The notes below the pieces were generated by a model. The model saw only the letters and a program-made list of their open reading frames with translations. It searched no databases and was not told the origin of the DNA. Shown here in pieces: positions 27,901-42,881 of a stretch of 64,000 bases of DNA; within the stretch, counting starts at the first letter, position 1, and each line of letters starts with the position of its first letter. Source of the stretch: Trichoplax sp. H2. Its lineage: Eukaryota. A program made the translations under genes and the position numbers. The stretch is from assembly GCA_003344405.1 (NCBI GenBank), contig NOWV01000025.1, positions 434,001 through 498,000 of the forward strand, written 5' to 3'.

Positions 27901-30900
27901 TTTCAATTTTTTACTAACCGGATTTTGTTTGACAAAATCCCATCCGCCTAATAGGATACCAATCTGAGATATTAGCATCGTAAATGCTAGATTTGTATGA
28001 ATTTGGAAGCGATCAGAACTAATTCTGAAATGAACAGAAAACAGACGAAAATTTTACAGCAGGGTTTGATAAATAATTAAGTTAAATAGGTCAACAATTA
28101 AATGTCGAAAACTTATTATTCTCCTATTAATTCTGTAGATCTAGTATTTCTTACAATCCTTAAAAAAATCATGATACCATTACAGATATAAATATTCTAT
28201 ATCCTGTTTTCGATTATAAATGAGAGTAGATTTGCTTGGATCGTTCCGATTACTACTGCTGATGTTGTTCATTTGTGTTTTAGCTATTTTTATGGAGTCA
28301 TTTTCTGTTGACTAAAGTTCATAAGGCAATTAATACTTAGATCTAGCAATTCTTAATTGCTTCGTACTAAATAATTGAACTGTGCTGTTTCGACCTTATT
28401 ATNNNNNNNNNNNNNNNNNNNNGTGTTAAATACTGTATTACAGTAGAAATAACTATGTTAGGATAATTCTGTTAGACTATCCTTATTTAGTTAACTTCTA
28501 ATTTGGATATACTGTATTTTAATATAGCACTGACTTTTTATGACAGTGACACTTATACACATACTGAAATTATAATAGTTATAATAGGGAATGCAAATCA
28601 TCTGCTTACAGTTCGAATCATTGTGATTGTAATTTACTTATGATAGACTGTAAATTATCATGGAAATGTTCCGTGATAGGACATATCGTAATCTGACTAT
28701 TCTGTATTAGTTATTACATGTCTATGTTCGTAAATACTGTTGTCTGCATTAAGAGAGCAGTAGCTAAAATTAATATCTAATTCAGTAAATGATTCTAATG
28801 TTAATTGTATTAACTATGACTCATGAACTATTGAGGAATAGTATATAAATGCAGTATATCGTGAAATAAAGAAGAATTGTCCAACTTAGTGTTTAACGTA
28901 AAATACGAGGCGTTTAAGTCTTTGTGTAGTCTGCTAGTAGAGCAAAAGTGCTCGTGATAGTGCAGATATCATTCCTTGATACGTAGTTCAAGGAATTGAC
29001 TTATTGATCGTAGATTACGTTATCTTGTTGCAAAGCTGTTTTGTGACACCTGTTTTCGATTATAAATGAGAGTAGATTTGCTTGGATCGTTCCGATTACT
29101 ACTGCTGATGTTGTTCATGTGTGTTTTAGCTATTTTTATGGAGTCATTTTCTGTTGACTAAAGTTCATAAGGCAATTAATACTTAGATCTAGCAATTCTT
29201 AATTGCTTCGTACTAAATAATTGAACTGTGCTGTTTCGACCTTATTATATGCGAGGGGTGCTAAGTGTCTTTGGAAGAGATGTATTGAAAATAAGTTTTC
29301 TCAATTTTAAAATGAGTTTTTGGCTAATATCAGCTGGATCTTAATTTATAGCACTAAATGATTCGTATACGAGATCAAAAAAGGCTATCATATGATGTTT
29401 CTATCATTTTGCAAGTAATTGTAATTGTAAAAATTTTATAATAAACTGACAGAGAACTTACTGTATAAGAGAGAATATCATCATCGATACGATTAGCGAA
29501 GCAATCGAAATCCCACAACAGACATATGATAATAAATCGAGAATAACTTGATGCTGAGCTGAAATCTATGGTAAATTTAATATATAAATTAGAAAATATG
29601 TTTAAACAATCCCGTACAAGCTTTGTAGCCTATCACAACTTTTATAAAAAATCTCTTAATAAGTAATTTTAATATTAAAGTACCGTAATAATGCTATAGC
29701 TATTATTAGGCGTAGGTAGTGTATTCATTAATTCTAGCTTACTGAAAACTTATGGTAAATCATTTTACCAATATTTTTAAGATTACAGTTTAGAAATTTG
29801 AAAGAAAACTAATACTATAAATCTCTTCTATCACTGACTACTTCTATAGTCTCATACTTTCGTAGTCATCACTACAATCCGTATTGGTATGGTGCTTATA
29901 GCATAAAACATGACTCTCCAGGGCATTATCAATAAAATAACATTTATATCAAACAACATAAGTATAATTGGTCAAATTTAATCAAAACAGTGAAAATTTC
30001 ATTTCTCTTACTGGAATGGACGAAACTCGCATTAATATAGCAAAATGAGTTAGATGACTGCATCGACATCGAGTATGAGTCTTATTCGTCATATCAACGC
30101 TGCATCCGTGATTAGACCAATTACCAGTTTTTCCTCTAGATCCACATTTAAATGAATATGAGAAAATCATAAACCCGTAGCGATAATTGAGAATCTAGAA
30201 CCTTAGATCTAGTCACATATGTGTAATGTAACTAGTATTATGATTGTAGACTATTAGCCATGTTTAGTATAATGTACGGTAGATATTTATCCTAAGAGAT
30301 ATTTGGTAGCTATAACTATAGACTGTTGTGGTAGAGGCTCTATGCTAGAGTACAGATGACTATATATAGTAAGGTGTTGAGTTACTAATAAGGCTATCGG
30401 TAAAAATAGAACTGTAAATCATATATTAGGATATGGTTAATTCATTGTACTTTGGCTGGTGTGAATGATGTCTACGTAAGTACTGTAGTCGTATCCATAT
30501 CGGATTAATGATGGTCCGCAGTAGAACAGTCTTTCTAAGAATAATTTAACTATGTGTAATATAAGGTAAAAGGTTGCCATGCGGATTGTAGCTGCGAATG
30601 CTACGAAAAGTATAAAAGCATGCAACTTTATATTATTCTGTTAGTTCGTTGTAGAAGTCTTTAGTAGTAGTATTCGGCTAGAGTAGAGCTGTATGTAATT
30701 AATCTTTGTATAAGATCCAATAAAGCCCTTATTGTTCTAAAATTTGGAATTTCGCGATCGGTATATATCACAATATGTTATGAATGAATTACGACAGAAA
30801 GAGTTTAAACAAAGTACTAAATCTATTTAAATGCATACTCCGAATTTCCCACATTGAAATCCCAATATACGCAATCGGCTTGATAGTTGGAGTTGTAACT

Positions 30901-33900
30901 TGACTAATAGCAACATATTAGCATGAATTTATAGTTTAACGATCAAATTTCATAGGATAAACTGAATGTAAGAATCCACAATTCTAATCAATAAAATCTT
31001 AGACTTACGTTATTATGAGTAACCCAAAAGACAAATTGATTTCTTTGACTTAATTGTGGCTTGGGACTTACGCGACAGCCAATAATCAAAGAATTGACAA
31101 AATCTTGCAATGAATTTGTAGTAACGCTAAATTTTGACAATCTCTCAATTAATTATGTTGCATTTATGTCTCATTATGTTATCAATAACAAATTGGAAGA
31201 AATGCCAGTTTATTGTATTTAAAGGTAATATCAAAAATAAACTAACCTGGATGATACGGAAGACAGCTTCCCACCTGTTACATCTTGTAAGGATTTAAAA
31301 ATAGTGACGGCTATCACAACATCATCTACTAGGAGATATTTCATAGCAATCAAAACCAAAATATCGTGGCTCTCGAAATTTATAGACTCTATTATGTAAT
31401 TATTATTCGAACAGACAGATTGTGTGTCGAATACTCAGATAGGATCAATTTATCTTTTACCGGCTTGATTAGCTAATGGAGTCGGGGGTAAATTTAAATA
31501 GTAGTGTGATTTCAAATTAGAATTTGGAAACTTTTCAGCTGTGGCTACGTATCCGTTAGATCGATACTGACTAGCTTGATATTTATTAACTCGGATAGCT
31601 AAAATGAAGAAATTATGAATTAAATAAGTTCATCCAGTCATTTCTAACCACCAGGTGGCACTAAAAATAAAACATTAAATTTAATCCCATCCTAGACTAT
31701 TAATCCAATTTTTTACTGCGAGCATTAGTTAATTAAATGGGTTCCGTCAGCTATTTCTACCCATCAAGTAGCAAATAAAACAAAATATTAAATCTAATCT
31801 TAATCTGAGCTATCTATCAAAATTTTTGTCACTAGTAATCGCAAAATTTACTCATAGGTACTATTTATATATGGATACGTTAATGTAGAAATGAAAGAAT
31901 AAAGCAGCACTAAAATAAGATGACTAATCAATCTAAATTAACATTGTTTGTTACTATATTTATATTTCGTCAATCAATAAGAAAAACAAAGCAATTGAAA
32001 CGAAATACTTTAAATCTCCTTAATTGTCAAACGAATATACTGACTTAAATCCTTTGAATTGAATTGATAGGAGTCACCAGGAGCTAATGTACGTCCAGCT
32101 TGTTCTGCTATGCCATCTGTGATATTAAGGATATCAGAAACGATAGGAATTTTCTAAATTGGATGAAATAAATCAAACATATTAACAACTTAAAATCTGA
32201 AAATAAGCTATCTTGTATACTTGATTATAGCTATTTTCGTTCTGAATCAAAAACATTTTATATCGATAGCTAACGCCAAATTACTGCTAATATTAAGACA
32301 GAAAATCAAATTTTTAGATATAGTACAACAAATTAAAATATATTTATTATATTGACTACCATATAAATGCTCAACAATAATCTTTCACGATGACATGAGT
32401 ACCTACTTTAAATGAATGAAAATCATATTGACAGTAGACTATTAACTACGGTTGTAATATAACTGAAAAATGAATGTAGTACAATCGGAACTATTGATAG
32501 CCCAGTAACCTTCTCGTACTTGACAGTGCCATGTAAAATCTAGTATCATATCAAAATGCTAGAAATTACCTTACTAACTTCTGCCCAAGCAGCCGATTTA
32601 CTTTTGGATGTTAATTGGCCTACTGCGCTAAAATATGCCTAGTAGCGAAAATTTAATCCTAACTCTGATCAGTTAATGGTCTCTTCATATGAATACTCTG
32701 GCAAGTAATGAATAGGCTTTAATTCACTAAAACATTAGTTTTAAATATTTTTTTTATCATAAAATGTAACCTGAAAATATGTCGAATGATTTGTAGTTGC
32801 CTTCATGTCTACATTTTGACTTAATTGCAGCAAAGCAAGTCTAGAAACTGCCAAATCATCCGCTTTAATTTGTTCGTCTGTATTTAGCACACCGGTTAAA
32901 TTGGTTAATAGGTTAGTTGCTTGCTCAGCCGAAATGTTAATGGGTGCAGATAATAACTACGAAAAATTGATTTATGGTTAGCACAAGTTATGAGTTGATT
33001 TTTTAATATATTAGCTGCCATGTATGTATTTTATTGATAGATAAATGACAAATGTATGTATATACATAGTGTAGACTCTTACTTGATCGTATAAATTATG
33101 AAATGTTGTAGATAAATTTTTAACGTGAATCGCTGCATCCGTTGGAGTAGTTTCGAAGATGGTTGTGGCTTTAATCGGTGGATCACTCGTTGCAATATCA
33201 TAAAAATTTGAAGACTTTGTTACAGTGCTTAATTTGCTTGAAGAAAGACCTAATGGAATGCGAAGAATTGCAGGATATGAATAGGCCAAAGTGCAGTAGA
33301 TTAGCAGTGCTCGTTAGAACAGTCCACCGTTTTACTCTCATCAATTTATCTAGTCGAATTCTAGCTTATAGTAAAGCAATCATATAAATTCACCGTATAA
33401 ATGATAAGTAGACTATTCTACCGAGACTAGATACTACTTTACATCTCTTCACTATTGTTCTAGTTAGCCTGCTATGGATTTAGCCGTATTTATTGAAAAT
33501 AATGATCATTGTCATCTTACCTATTTCCGGCTTAGAGGTTTCTCTATATAAATTGTGTACATTTGTACTCGTCTGATATGGATTAAACTTTCTTGTTGAT
33601 GTTGTTACCAAAATATCAGCCGTCGCTGATTGGCTCTCACTAATTAAGCTTGAAATCGGCGAGGAAGATTCTATCGGGTGTAATGATAAATTACTTACGT
33701 AAATCAATGAAGTAGAATGCATTACAGCAGACAGCGAAGGAAACTCTATCTGCGAGTGTGATGATGATAGCACTGAAACATTGCTTGATTTCTCTGACAA
33801 AGCATTATAATCAGATTTGGATGACTCTGTAAGTAAACCAGTACTTAGGGTAAGCACTCCAGCCGGAGATAGAATTCCACTGCTCGTTTCCGAGAAATAC

Positions 33901-35901
33901 GAGCTACCAAATGGAAAATATATCGAGCTACTAAAATTTAAATTTAACACTTGGCCATTGACATAGGAAGATGCAGTAAAACTTATATCAGAATTATTGG
34001 TCAGACTTGAAATACTGGTACTGGTAACTTCTTGGTCACTTATTGAACTCGAAGATACTTCTTCATTTGAAAATGATCATATATTAATAGGAATTAATAA
34101 GACAATATTGATGAAATCAGTAAATGACTAATAATCTTATCAAAAACTCAGAGAGTTATTGGTACAAGAAGAGACTTAAGTTCTAGGATTACAACCGTAC
34201 ATAATTTCTACATTATCCTATAAATCATCTCTTAATGTAGGGCTTGGCTTAAAATGCGGTACTTACCGGTTGTGGAAATTTGTTTAAAGAGCACATTTGA
34301 TGAATTATTTGATAAATTTGGCTCTGTAATTAGCAATAGAACGAAAATCTTATCAATTACCGTTGACGCTCTTAACTAGAAACTTTATATTCCAATAATA
34401 TCACAAAGCATTTTGTAATCTCCTAGCCTGAGTATGAAGCTTATCAAATAGAAATAAAAAAAGAACAGAATTAAATTTTATCAATTTAAATGCAAGATTA
34501 TGTTATCGAAAAATATCTGCGTGATCATCTCTAATTGTAATAGTCTTGAAGACGATAAACTACCTCATTGAAAGTATTTCTATTTCGAAATAACAGCCAT
34601 TAATAAGCAAAATGAAACAATTTAAATGGTTTTAGTGTCTTTTTCAGACGGTAAAGTTTTCATTTGGTTGCTTATATGCTGAAAACTAATATTTATGTTA
34701 TCTAGGCCACAAGCACTCTAAGCACTCAAAATAGAATAAAATACCGAGATACCGCTGAACTTAAACTACACTGGATGTATAGCACATGGTTAATATATGT
34801 AGAATAAAGTATAATGTCTAACTAAGTGGTTAAGTAAGATGAATTAATTAGTACTGTAATATAGTTATAAATTTTCATATAGGCTCATTTTCATAAGTCA
34901 TGAATGAATGTCACTACCGCTATATTTCCTATGTGTTAATAAAACGAATCCTATAGACCAGAGAAATTATACCGAAACCTATGCACTGAAAGAATATTTC
35001 TGTCATTCCATTATAGCGCTACTAAGATAAAAGAATTAGTAATACTTTATAAATTTTCACATACGGTTGCTTTCAGCGCTCATGAATGAAAGTCAAATAA
35101 ATATCGCTACTAACTTATTTTTTATGTACTGATAAAATCAACGCTATAGAATAAAAGAATTATACTATAATCTCCATATGGAAAGAAAAGCATCTTCAAT
35201 CCTTTATTGTACTATATAGCATAATTTAATAGCTTTAATATACCCTCACAAAGGCTAGATTTTATTCTTTCTAAATGTCCAAAAATATCCAGAAGATTAT
35301 TTCGCATAGCATATTTAAGCTTTGAGGGTTTTATTCTATTTTCATGTTATAGAAATAGTAGTAACGTAAATTACCATTAAAAGTCCTTAATCCTATGAAA
35401 TTTACCGATTTGACATAGGACATTAATTTCATCCAGACAGTGTGTTAATATAAAGTTCCAGAACCCATTTTTATATTCCATTGCTGCACAATGGTGAGAC
35501 GGTGGGAAGGATTGCAGATCATACCAGTAGGTAATATTGCTAAAATGCTCTTTGTCGACAACCCATCTCCAGCCATCATCTGGGTCAGAATTTGTTAATC
35601 GAGCTCCAATCCAATAAGTAAATTCCTCTTGTAAGTATAAAGAGGAAGCATGAAATTTTTCTGGACTATCCAACTTTGCTAGATCACCTCCAATATCAAG
35701 ACACTCATTTCTAGCTTTCGGAAAGTTGAAAATTTCATCTAAATGTGGTCCATAGCATAAAGATTCGTAAAAGGTAAAGTTTTCGGGACAGACCATATTC
35801 GTATTATTTAAGACTGGCGTTTGAGCTGCATTAACGAAACAGGAAAAATGACCTTAAATGTTCTTCCTAACATAGTTTACAAATGCCATTACCTATTGCT
35901 C
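24942..35901 (-). CDS. Adhesion GPCR paralog 2 (C-type lectin, Ser/Thr stalk, GAIN/GPS, 7TM); multi-exon, signal-peptide exons not resolved
   Basis: Exons approx.: 35406-35825 CTL; 34268-34324; 33521-34060; 33083-33249; 32771-32957; 32570-32638; 32045-32153; 31462-31598; 31247-31326; 31009-31126; 30839-30903 (CVYWDF); 30012-30135 ([21 protein letters not shown]); TM exons 29462-29565, 27919-28025, 27381-27531 ([12 protein letters not shown]), 27201-27268, 27016-27082, 26792-26886, 26479-26605, 26316-26357; tail 25856-25954, 25669-25750, 25170-25201, 24942-25004 (..VESSTYM*). No stops along this path. Confidence 0.93.
28403..28422. other. Assembly gap (20 N)
   Basis: Run of n. Confidence 1.
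28423..29048 (+). mobile_element. Solo-LTR-like element, family B; 5' end lost in the N gap
   Basis: Reverse complement of 39808-40442 over ~620 bp; ends ...ttgtgaca. Confidence 0.85.
30222..30772 (+). mobile_element. Solo-LTR-like element, family A, in the GPS-splitting intron of paralog 2
   Basis: tgtaatgtaac...tatatcaca, perfect TSD atatg/atatg, gtataaaagc and aataaa. Confidence 0.92.
35406..35825 (-). CDS. C-type lectin domain exon of paralog 2
   Basis: [43 protein letters not shown]; phase 1-1 exon. Confidence 0.92.
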
Positions 35902-35919
35902 CTATAATCCAAATGGTAC

Positions 35920-36262
35920 TTATACGCTCGTACTTAGTAATTGATTTATAGTAATGAAGAGGTATCTTAATGATTCGGGTGTCACAATCGAAATCAAATT
36001 GATTTTCAATTTTGTTTAATTTCTATGCTCGTACTTATGATACCTTAGTGATTCGTATGTCATGATCAAATCAAATCTATTTTCAACTTTGCCTAATAGC
36101 TATACTGGTAATAACAATATCCTAATGATTCGTAAGTCACGATTGAATCAGTTTTCAACTTTACCTAATTGCTATACTCATACCTATGATATTTAATGAT
36201 TCTGATGGCATTGTCAAAATAAATCAATTTTCAACCTTATCTAATTGCTATACTTCTACTTA
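35920..36262. repeat. Degenerate ~75-bp tandem repeat, about 4.5 copies
   Basis: ttaatgattc..gtcac..aaatc..ttttcaac..taattgctatact recurs at ~35966, 36044, 36121 and 36192. Confidence 0.8.
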
Positions 36263-39200
36263 CACAGGTATACTAATAAATAACGTAAAATTAATGCTAA
36301 TAACTTATATTATTCTAAATTAAAAGCATTAGAATAAAGCTAAGTAGCAATAGCAAACTTTTTGCCTTGTCTTTCTGTATAAGTAATCTAAATTAAGATA
36401 GCGTTTACTATTGCCTTGTAATTTTTAAGGACAATCTTAAGATGAAAGCCATCTAACAGGGATAATTCCAAAAACTCAGTACTAATAATAAAATCGTCAG
36501 TTTTGGAATTTGTATTCAAACCGTGAAAAGATGCGCATGAAGTATAATAAATTAATACATTTGGAAAGAAAAATACTGAACTCGTACAGTCAAATAAGAA
36601 TGATATTAATAGCACCGAATTATACTTGTATTCTTTGCATGGCATACGAAAGATATCCTAAAAATTATCTACATACGGAGCAAGCACTGTTTTCTTTCTA
36701 CTGTCTAAATACTAATGTAATTAGTAACTAAGAGATTTGCTGTCCTAAAGTATGAATATAAAGGAATATTTATATGCTATAATATCTACAAATATGCTGG
36801 TGTGGTGGTATACGAATAATTAGCAATTTAATTCACGCAAATTTTGGCAGCAATTGTGTTATTCTATATAAAAACGAATCTGAAACTCATAACGGAATAG
36901 GATAATCGGTAGACATACTCATCATCTAAGTCTTAAATTGATACTACAATACCCTGAGAATACTTTAAGTAATGTTGAAATTACACGTACGGTATCCTGT
37001 ACGTTTTAATCATTTACTGTAATTAAAAGTAATGCGAATTTCTGACTTTTACATGTACCGTAATGAAATAATGTCATTTTGCAGTTAATTTAGAACAATC
37101 TTTTAATCTAATAGTAAAAATTTGCAAATATATAAGTGTTACCAATAGATATACGTGTATCATTTGCGATAAATTATCATGATAGTAATATTAGATGATT
37201 GCTAATTACTAAATTAGAAACTATTGGTTACTAACATTAGCTAGTTATCTGAGTATGTTAAATAGATCCATATTATTTGACGTACTATCATTGAGAAGAT
37301 TGCCTGCACTTTACGGCGGTTGGACAATTATGCGAGGATAATGAGATTTTAAGCTGACTGATTCATACTGTAAAATATTAATGATCTATACTATAAAATA
37401 TTGATGATCTATTTGAAAAGTTTCCTATTTGATGACTCGATTCTGATTATAGGCAACTTTGTTGCCCTATATAGATTAAATGAAATATATTTAAGAAGTG
37501 CAGTAATGAGCTTGGAAAATAGACTTCACTTCTTTCGAGCTCAGGACACTTTAGATTAAATTCTTGTTTTATTTGCTATTACTCAACCATTATTAACTTT
37601 GTAATGAAAGCTTTTTTAAAATTTCTTCCAGCGTAAGACAATTATTATGTGAGAATTATACTAGATTAGATGGAATAGTTGTAAATACTTTTATTGCAGT
37701 TTGTATTACGAAGATTACTCTTTCTACATATTGCTAATAAATACATGTGTAGAATCTTAAGTACGCGCACTAACACCACTAAAATAGGTAATGATCGATC
37801 TCTAAAGCTATCTATCAATCGTAGAATCCAAAACATGTAATAATTCTAGCAAATTGATCAAATTCAAGTGAAGTGAAGTAAACGAGATCTTACAAATGGT
37901 GTAATATTAATTTTCTAGCCATTTCTAACATCAGTAGAATCTTTTGATATCGCTACTTACTAACGTTTCAGAGAACTGATCTCCAGTAGTAATGTCATTC
38001 TATCTACGACGTTCAATATAGTCAATTTATACTTTACAGCCACTGAACACTGTGACCATGACAAACATTACCCCATCAGCTCTAGAAGATCATGCTTTAT
38101 AATTAATCCTGATCTAGATCATATTGTTGTATATGCAATCACTTTACTAACCTAAAAAGGATATTTATACAGTGTTGAGTACATACCTGTAGTAAAGCCT
38201 TCATTCCAAACCCAGTGCACACCAATATACTGTAAAATAATTATAAGAGATACAGTTCTCCTCAGAAAAATTAAATTGGAATAACAGAAAAGGCAGCATC
38301 AAGACTATTTCCCTTTATTCTAGTTCAGTTTTATCCTCCAACGGATTCATGTAAACAAATTTATATAAATTCTAACGATTCTACAAGATTTTACCTTACT
38401 AAAGGAATTTAGCAACTGATAGTTTAATTTATAACAAAGGAGTGGTAATCTCGATAGAGTATAAAATCAATGATGGAATCAAATTACAACTGAGTGTCCA
38501 TTTTAGTATAACTACAGCAGAGGCATCACATCGTATAATATCGATATTTTTACGGTCGCAAAGGACAGATAGACCAAGATGACTATCGAAAATTTCTCTA
38601 AATTCCGTACTTAGTTGTATATTGAATTTTTGAGCTTGAGTAGCAAAAGTTATCGAATGTATTGACACTAACACAGAAGTTTTTAAATTTATAAAGAAAT
38701 TACTTCCAAAATACCCATGAAAGCTATCCAATCTTCGATTAAGAGTTTACTGTACGCAGTAAAGTTTGTTATAACTAAACTAAACTAGATATATAATCAT
38801 TAGGATTGATCTAGCATAGAAACACTGATCATCATCATTATTAGCGTGGTAATGACGACAAATCATCACAGTAACTCAATTGTAGATATGAAAAATAGTT
38901 ATTGCAAGTTATGAATAAACTAAACATTTATGGTAAGGCAATCTGAACCTTTCTTATAATCATAAATTTTCAGCAACGATAGTGCATTATTGTAGCTTAC
39001 CATAATGACGAAATAAAGACGGTTAACCATTTTGAGAGAGAAAGATCTAAAAACTAGAATGGCACTTGAAATTTGAAGTATTATTATTAAAAATTGACAG
39101 TCTGTCAAATGATGCCTGAAATTCTAGCTAAAAAGCCACTTAATTGGTTACTCTTAGCGTAATTGAAAAAAATTCTAAACAGCTTTTAATAAGGCAAGAT

Positions 39201-39807
39201 CGATTTTCACCAGAATGATTAATAATATTCCTTGAATATACATTGTCCTAATCAGATTGTATAACAATTATGATTGAATAGATTGTTAATTCTAGTTAAT
39301 TATTTATACCCATTGCCAAATGGAGATCTATTCTTGGTAATATATTTCTTTCTAAAACAGTAACAAAGACGATAAATTAATTAAATTTTTATTTGTTTAC
39401 TGATATGACAGTCTCGACAGATACTAGTTATAATAGAACCTAACAGAGGTCTGTTTAAATCGTTAATTCATAAATTCCCTTACACTCATTTTTAACAATA
39501 GTTCTTTCTAAATTTTCAGTTTCAAAGACGATTTACTTCAGAAAATTAAGTCAGAAATACAACTTGAGTTCATTTGTACAAATATCTTAGAGAGAATATT
39601 TGACTTTTTGAGCGATCAGCATCACTGTAACTAGCTTAGCAAATCTAGATATTTGCTAGTCCACACGTGTGATAAGCATGACCTAGTAAAAATGCTATAA
39701 CACTATTATTTTATCCTTTATTGGGATTTCCTAATTTTTCTTCATTTAAATGAAACAATTGATTGATGGTTAAATGGAAACTTTGTCCTGGGTTATTACT
39801 ATTTAAT

Positions 39808-40442
39808 TGTCACAAAACAGCTATGCAACAAGATAACGTAATGTACGATTAATAAGTCAATTCCTTGAACCATGTATCAAGGAACGATATCTGTACTATC
39901 ACAAACACTTTTGCTCTACTAGCAGACTACACAAAGACTTAAACGTCTCGTATTTTACCTTTAACACTAAGTTTGAGAATCGGCTTTATTACATGATATA
40001 TAGAACTGCATTTATATGCTCTTCCTCAATAGTTCATGAGTCATAATTAGTACGATTAACTTTGGAATCATTTTCTGAATTAGATATTAATTTTAGCTAC
40101 TACTCCCTTAATGCTGACAACAGTATTTACGAACATAGACATCTGATGACTAATACAGAATAGTCAGATTACGATATGTCCTATCACGGAATATTTCCTC
40201 GATAATTTACAATCTACCATGAGTAAGTTGCAATCACAATGATTCGAACTGTAAGTAGATGATTTGCATTCCTTATTATAACTATTAATTTCAGTATGTG
40301 TACATGTTTCACTGTCATAAAAAGTCAGAGCTATATTAAAACACAGTATATCCAAATTAGAAGTTAACTAAATAAGGATAGGCTAACAGAATTATCCTAA
40401 CATAGATATCTCTACTCTAATACAGTATATAACACTGTCACA
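39808..40442 (-). mobile_element. Solo-LTR-like element, family B
   Basis: TG..CA ends, perfect TSD ttaat/ttaat, homologous to 28423-29048. Confidence 0.9.
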
Positions 40443-42881
40443 TTAATATTATACATATAAGAATGAATTCATAACCTCATGATTACTGAAGGCTGTATAA
40501 TAAACAAATATTTTCGGAATCATCCAGTTGGTAGATTAATAAAAATCTAAGCTAAAATTTTATATGATCAGATAGAAGTATAGATTTTATTCTATAGCTT
40601 CAGATGTCGCAGTACAGCGATAATAATATTACTCTAGTTTTTCATTAGCAATTTTAGGACTCATATTATTACTATTGAATGGAAAGAGTGGTTAAATAAA
40701 GGATAAGCAAGGTAAAATAAAATTAATAACGAAATGAAAACTTTCATCCAACGAAATTCGTATTTGTTTACATGATCAATAATTAATTACCGTAAATTTA
40801 ATATTGACAATTAAAAACTTACCTTTCAGTAAGCACAGCAATTTTACCAAAGGTTATTCATTATTGTAACTGAATAATTAATACTATATTTCTATGTGAT
40901 CTAATTCAGTCATTTGATAGGGAGCTGCTAGTAATTCAATAATTAGCCTTCAGTAAGGATAATAATAATACCAAATTCTATTCGATATTATGACTGATTA
41001 ATTAAAATTATATTTTTATGTGGTCTAATGCATTTATTTGATAGGACCCATCATAAAGGTATTTTTGACTATTCAATATCAATCAATTTATACTAATTTA
41101 ATTATTAATGTTGATATTTTTAGCGAACGAAAATCAGCTCTTACTTTCTGCATTCTAATTCTATCATAAATTCTGCCATAAATTTAATTAAAAAGTAAAA
41201 CTAAACAAAAGCTTGCTTAGATTCTAAAAGCGCTGAAATTTAAAACTAGAACCATCTTAAGCTCACATTCATAAAATCATCTGATTACTATATACTAAAG
41301 TAATGGAAACGGATGAAATTTGGAATAATTTTAATGCTGGAAGGACATTCGCATATGAATTATTTTATTATCATCATCATTATGGAAAAAAATTGAAAGC
41401 TTCTACCTAAATACATCATAACGTATTATTCTTGTTCAAGTTGATTACATTATCTCTTTCCAATCACAAAAGACTTATCTTATATTATCCATATCAAGAT
41501 TGTTCTGATCAAATTATTGCTGCAATACTTGCAGTATTTTATTCAACAGTCTAATAGGAAACTATCGCTGCTTAAGATTGGCTACTGTGATAAGTGTGGA
41601 GTTATAATGGTGAAGTAATTCATTAAAATCTGGTCAAAGCAGCACTCTACAAAGCGACGATACTACAGCATTAAAACACCTGCTTCAAACTAATTAATAA
41701 TATAGGTGCGTGAGTTGACAGCCAATTATTTTTTTTACTACAATTTACGCACATATTTTTCCGATTACAATGCATTTACTTGGAAATTTTAGTACTCTCC
41801 TATTATACCTTTAAACTCATCCCAAACCAAGTAAATAGCATTGATTATATGTTTAATCGAGGATCAATCGACGATAAGAGATTGAATTGATTCTTTTGCG
41901 TGGCTAGTTAATTAATTCAATTAACCATTCTTACCTCTATCGAACATATTAATTGTAATTAAATTTCTGTTTCCATATTTGCGATAGTATCCTATTTATG
42001 TAATTATCTTATAGTTGGGCGAGTTTAGTAAGAACTTGGACTATTATTCTCACCAGCTGGTCGATTAATCCCGCTCGCGATACTTAGTACTATATATTCT
42101 AGCTATTCTTGAACACATATATCTTTATATTTATTGATCTTACAAGGTTCTTTATAGAAAGGGCTCTACCAAATAGTCGAATCACAACAACTAACGATGC
42201 ATAGGCTAACTAACTCATAAAAGATAATGTACTTGATTACGTTAAGAAAAATCTATATGTATAATGATTTACATGACGGTATTTCAAAGCTAGTCGATAA
42301 ATTTAAATTAGTCAACTCGACTTATGACATAGATTTTTATTGATATAATGTCAATAAATTATAAGTTTCATCGATTTTTAAGATAAAACTACAACAAAAC
42401 AGATTGCAAGTTATAATTGAATGCAACTAGTACTCTACTATGACTAATCAAATAAAATGTAAATATTATTGGAATAATTTGTTTTCGTTCAAAGTCTTTA
42501 ACTGCTACCTACACCAGATAGATAATATATGAAAGTCATGGAGTAACGTTTACATAATTGTCGTCTCGCAGTCTCCATAAGATAAATTACCTAAGAATGT
42601 GTTAGTATTAATTTATCTACGATGTTTTTCACATTTTAACCAATAACTGCATAGTTGTATAATATCTGCAAACTGATAATTAATGTTTATGTAGATTGGC
42701 TATAAATTGGGTGATATTTTAATAAAGTTTGGGTTAAGTTAGATCAAAAGAGACTAATAGAAGTACTGTTTCTTCTGGAGATCGTCAGCATTTAAAATCG
42801 TACTGTAGGAACATTTTGAAGAGGACAAACTCGACGGTCGTACCGTAGTTTTAGTTTTTCGTAATAGTTTAAGTTTACCTC

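Larger units (their letters stand above)
28203..29248. repeat. Near-identical 200-bp direct duplication (28203-28402 = 29049-29248) around the gap and element
   Basis: cctgttttcgattataaatgag...cgaccttattat occurs twice, with about one mismatch. Confidence 0.95.

Noticed and set aside
30437..30625. 62-aa ORF (likewise 40164..40355 and 42754..42951)
   Set aside because: These lie in or overlap LTR-like repeats and show no recognisable protein motif.
37366..37411. Short tandem duplications and microsatellites (also 19036-19070, 26290-26306)
   Set aside because: Ordinary slippage repeats in AT-rich DNA.
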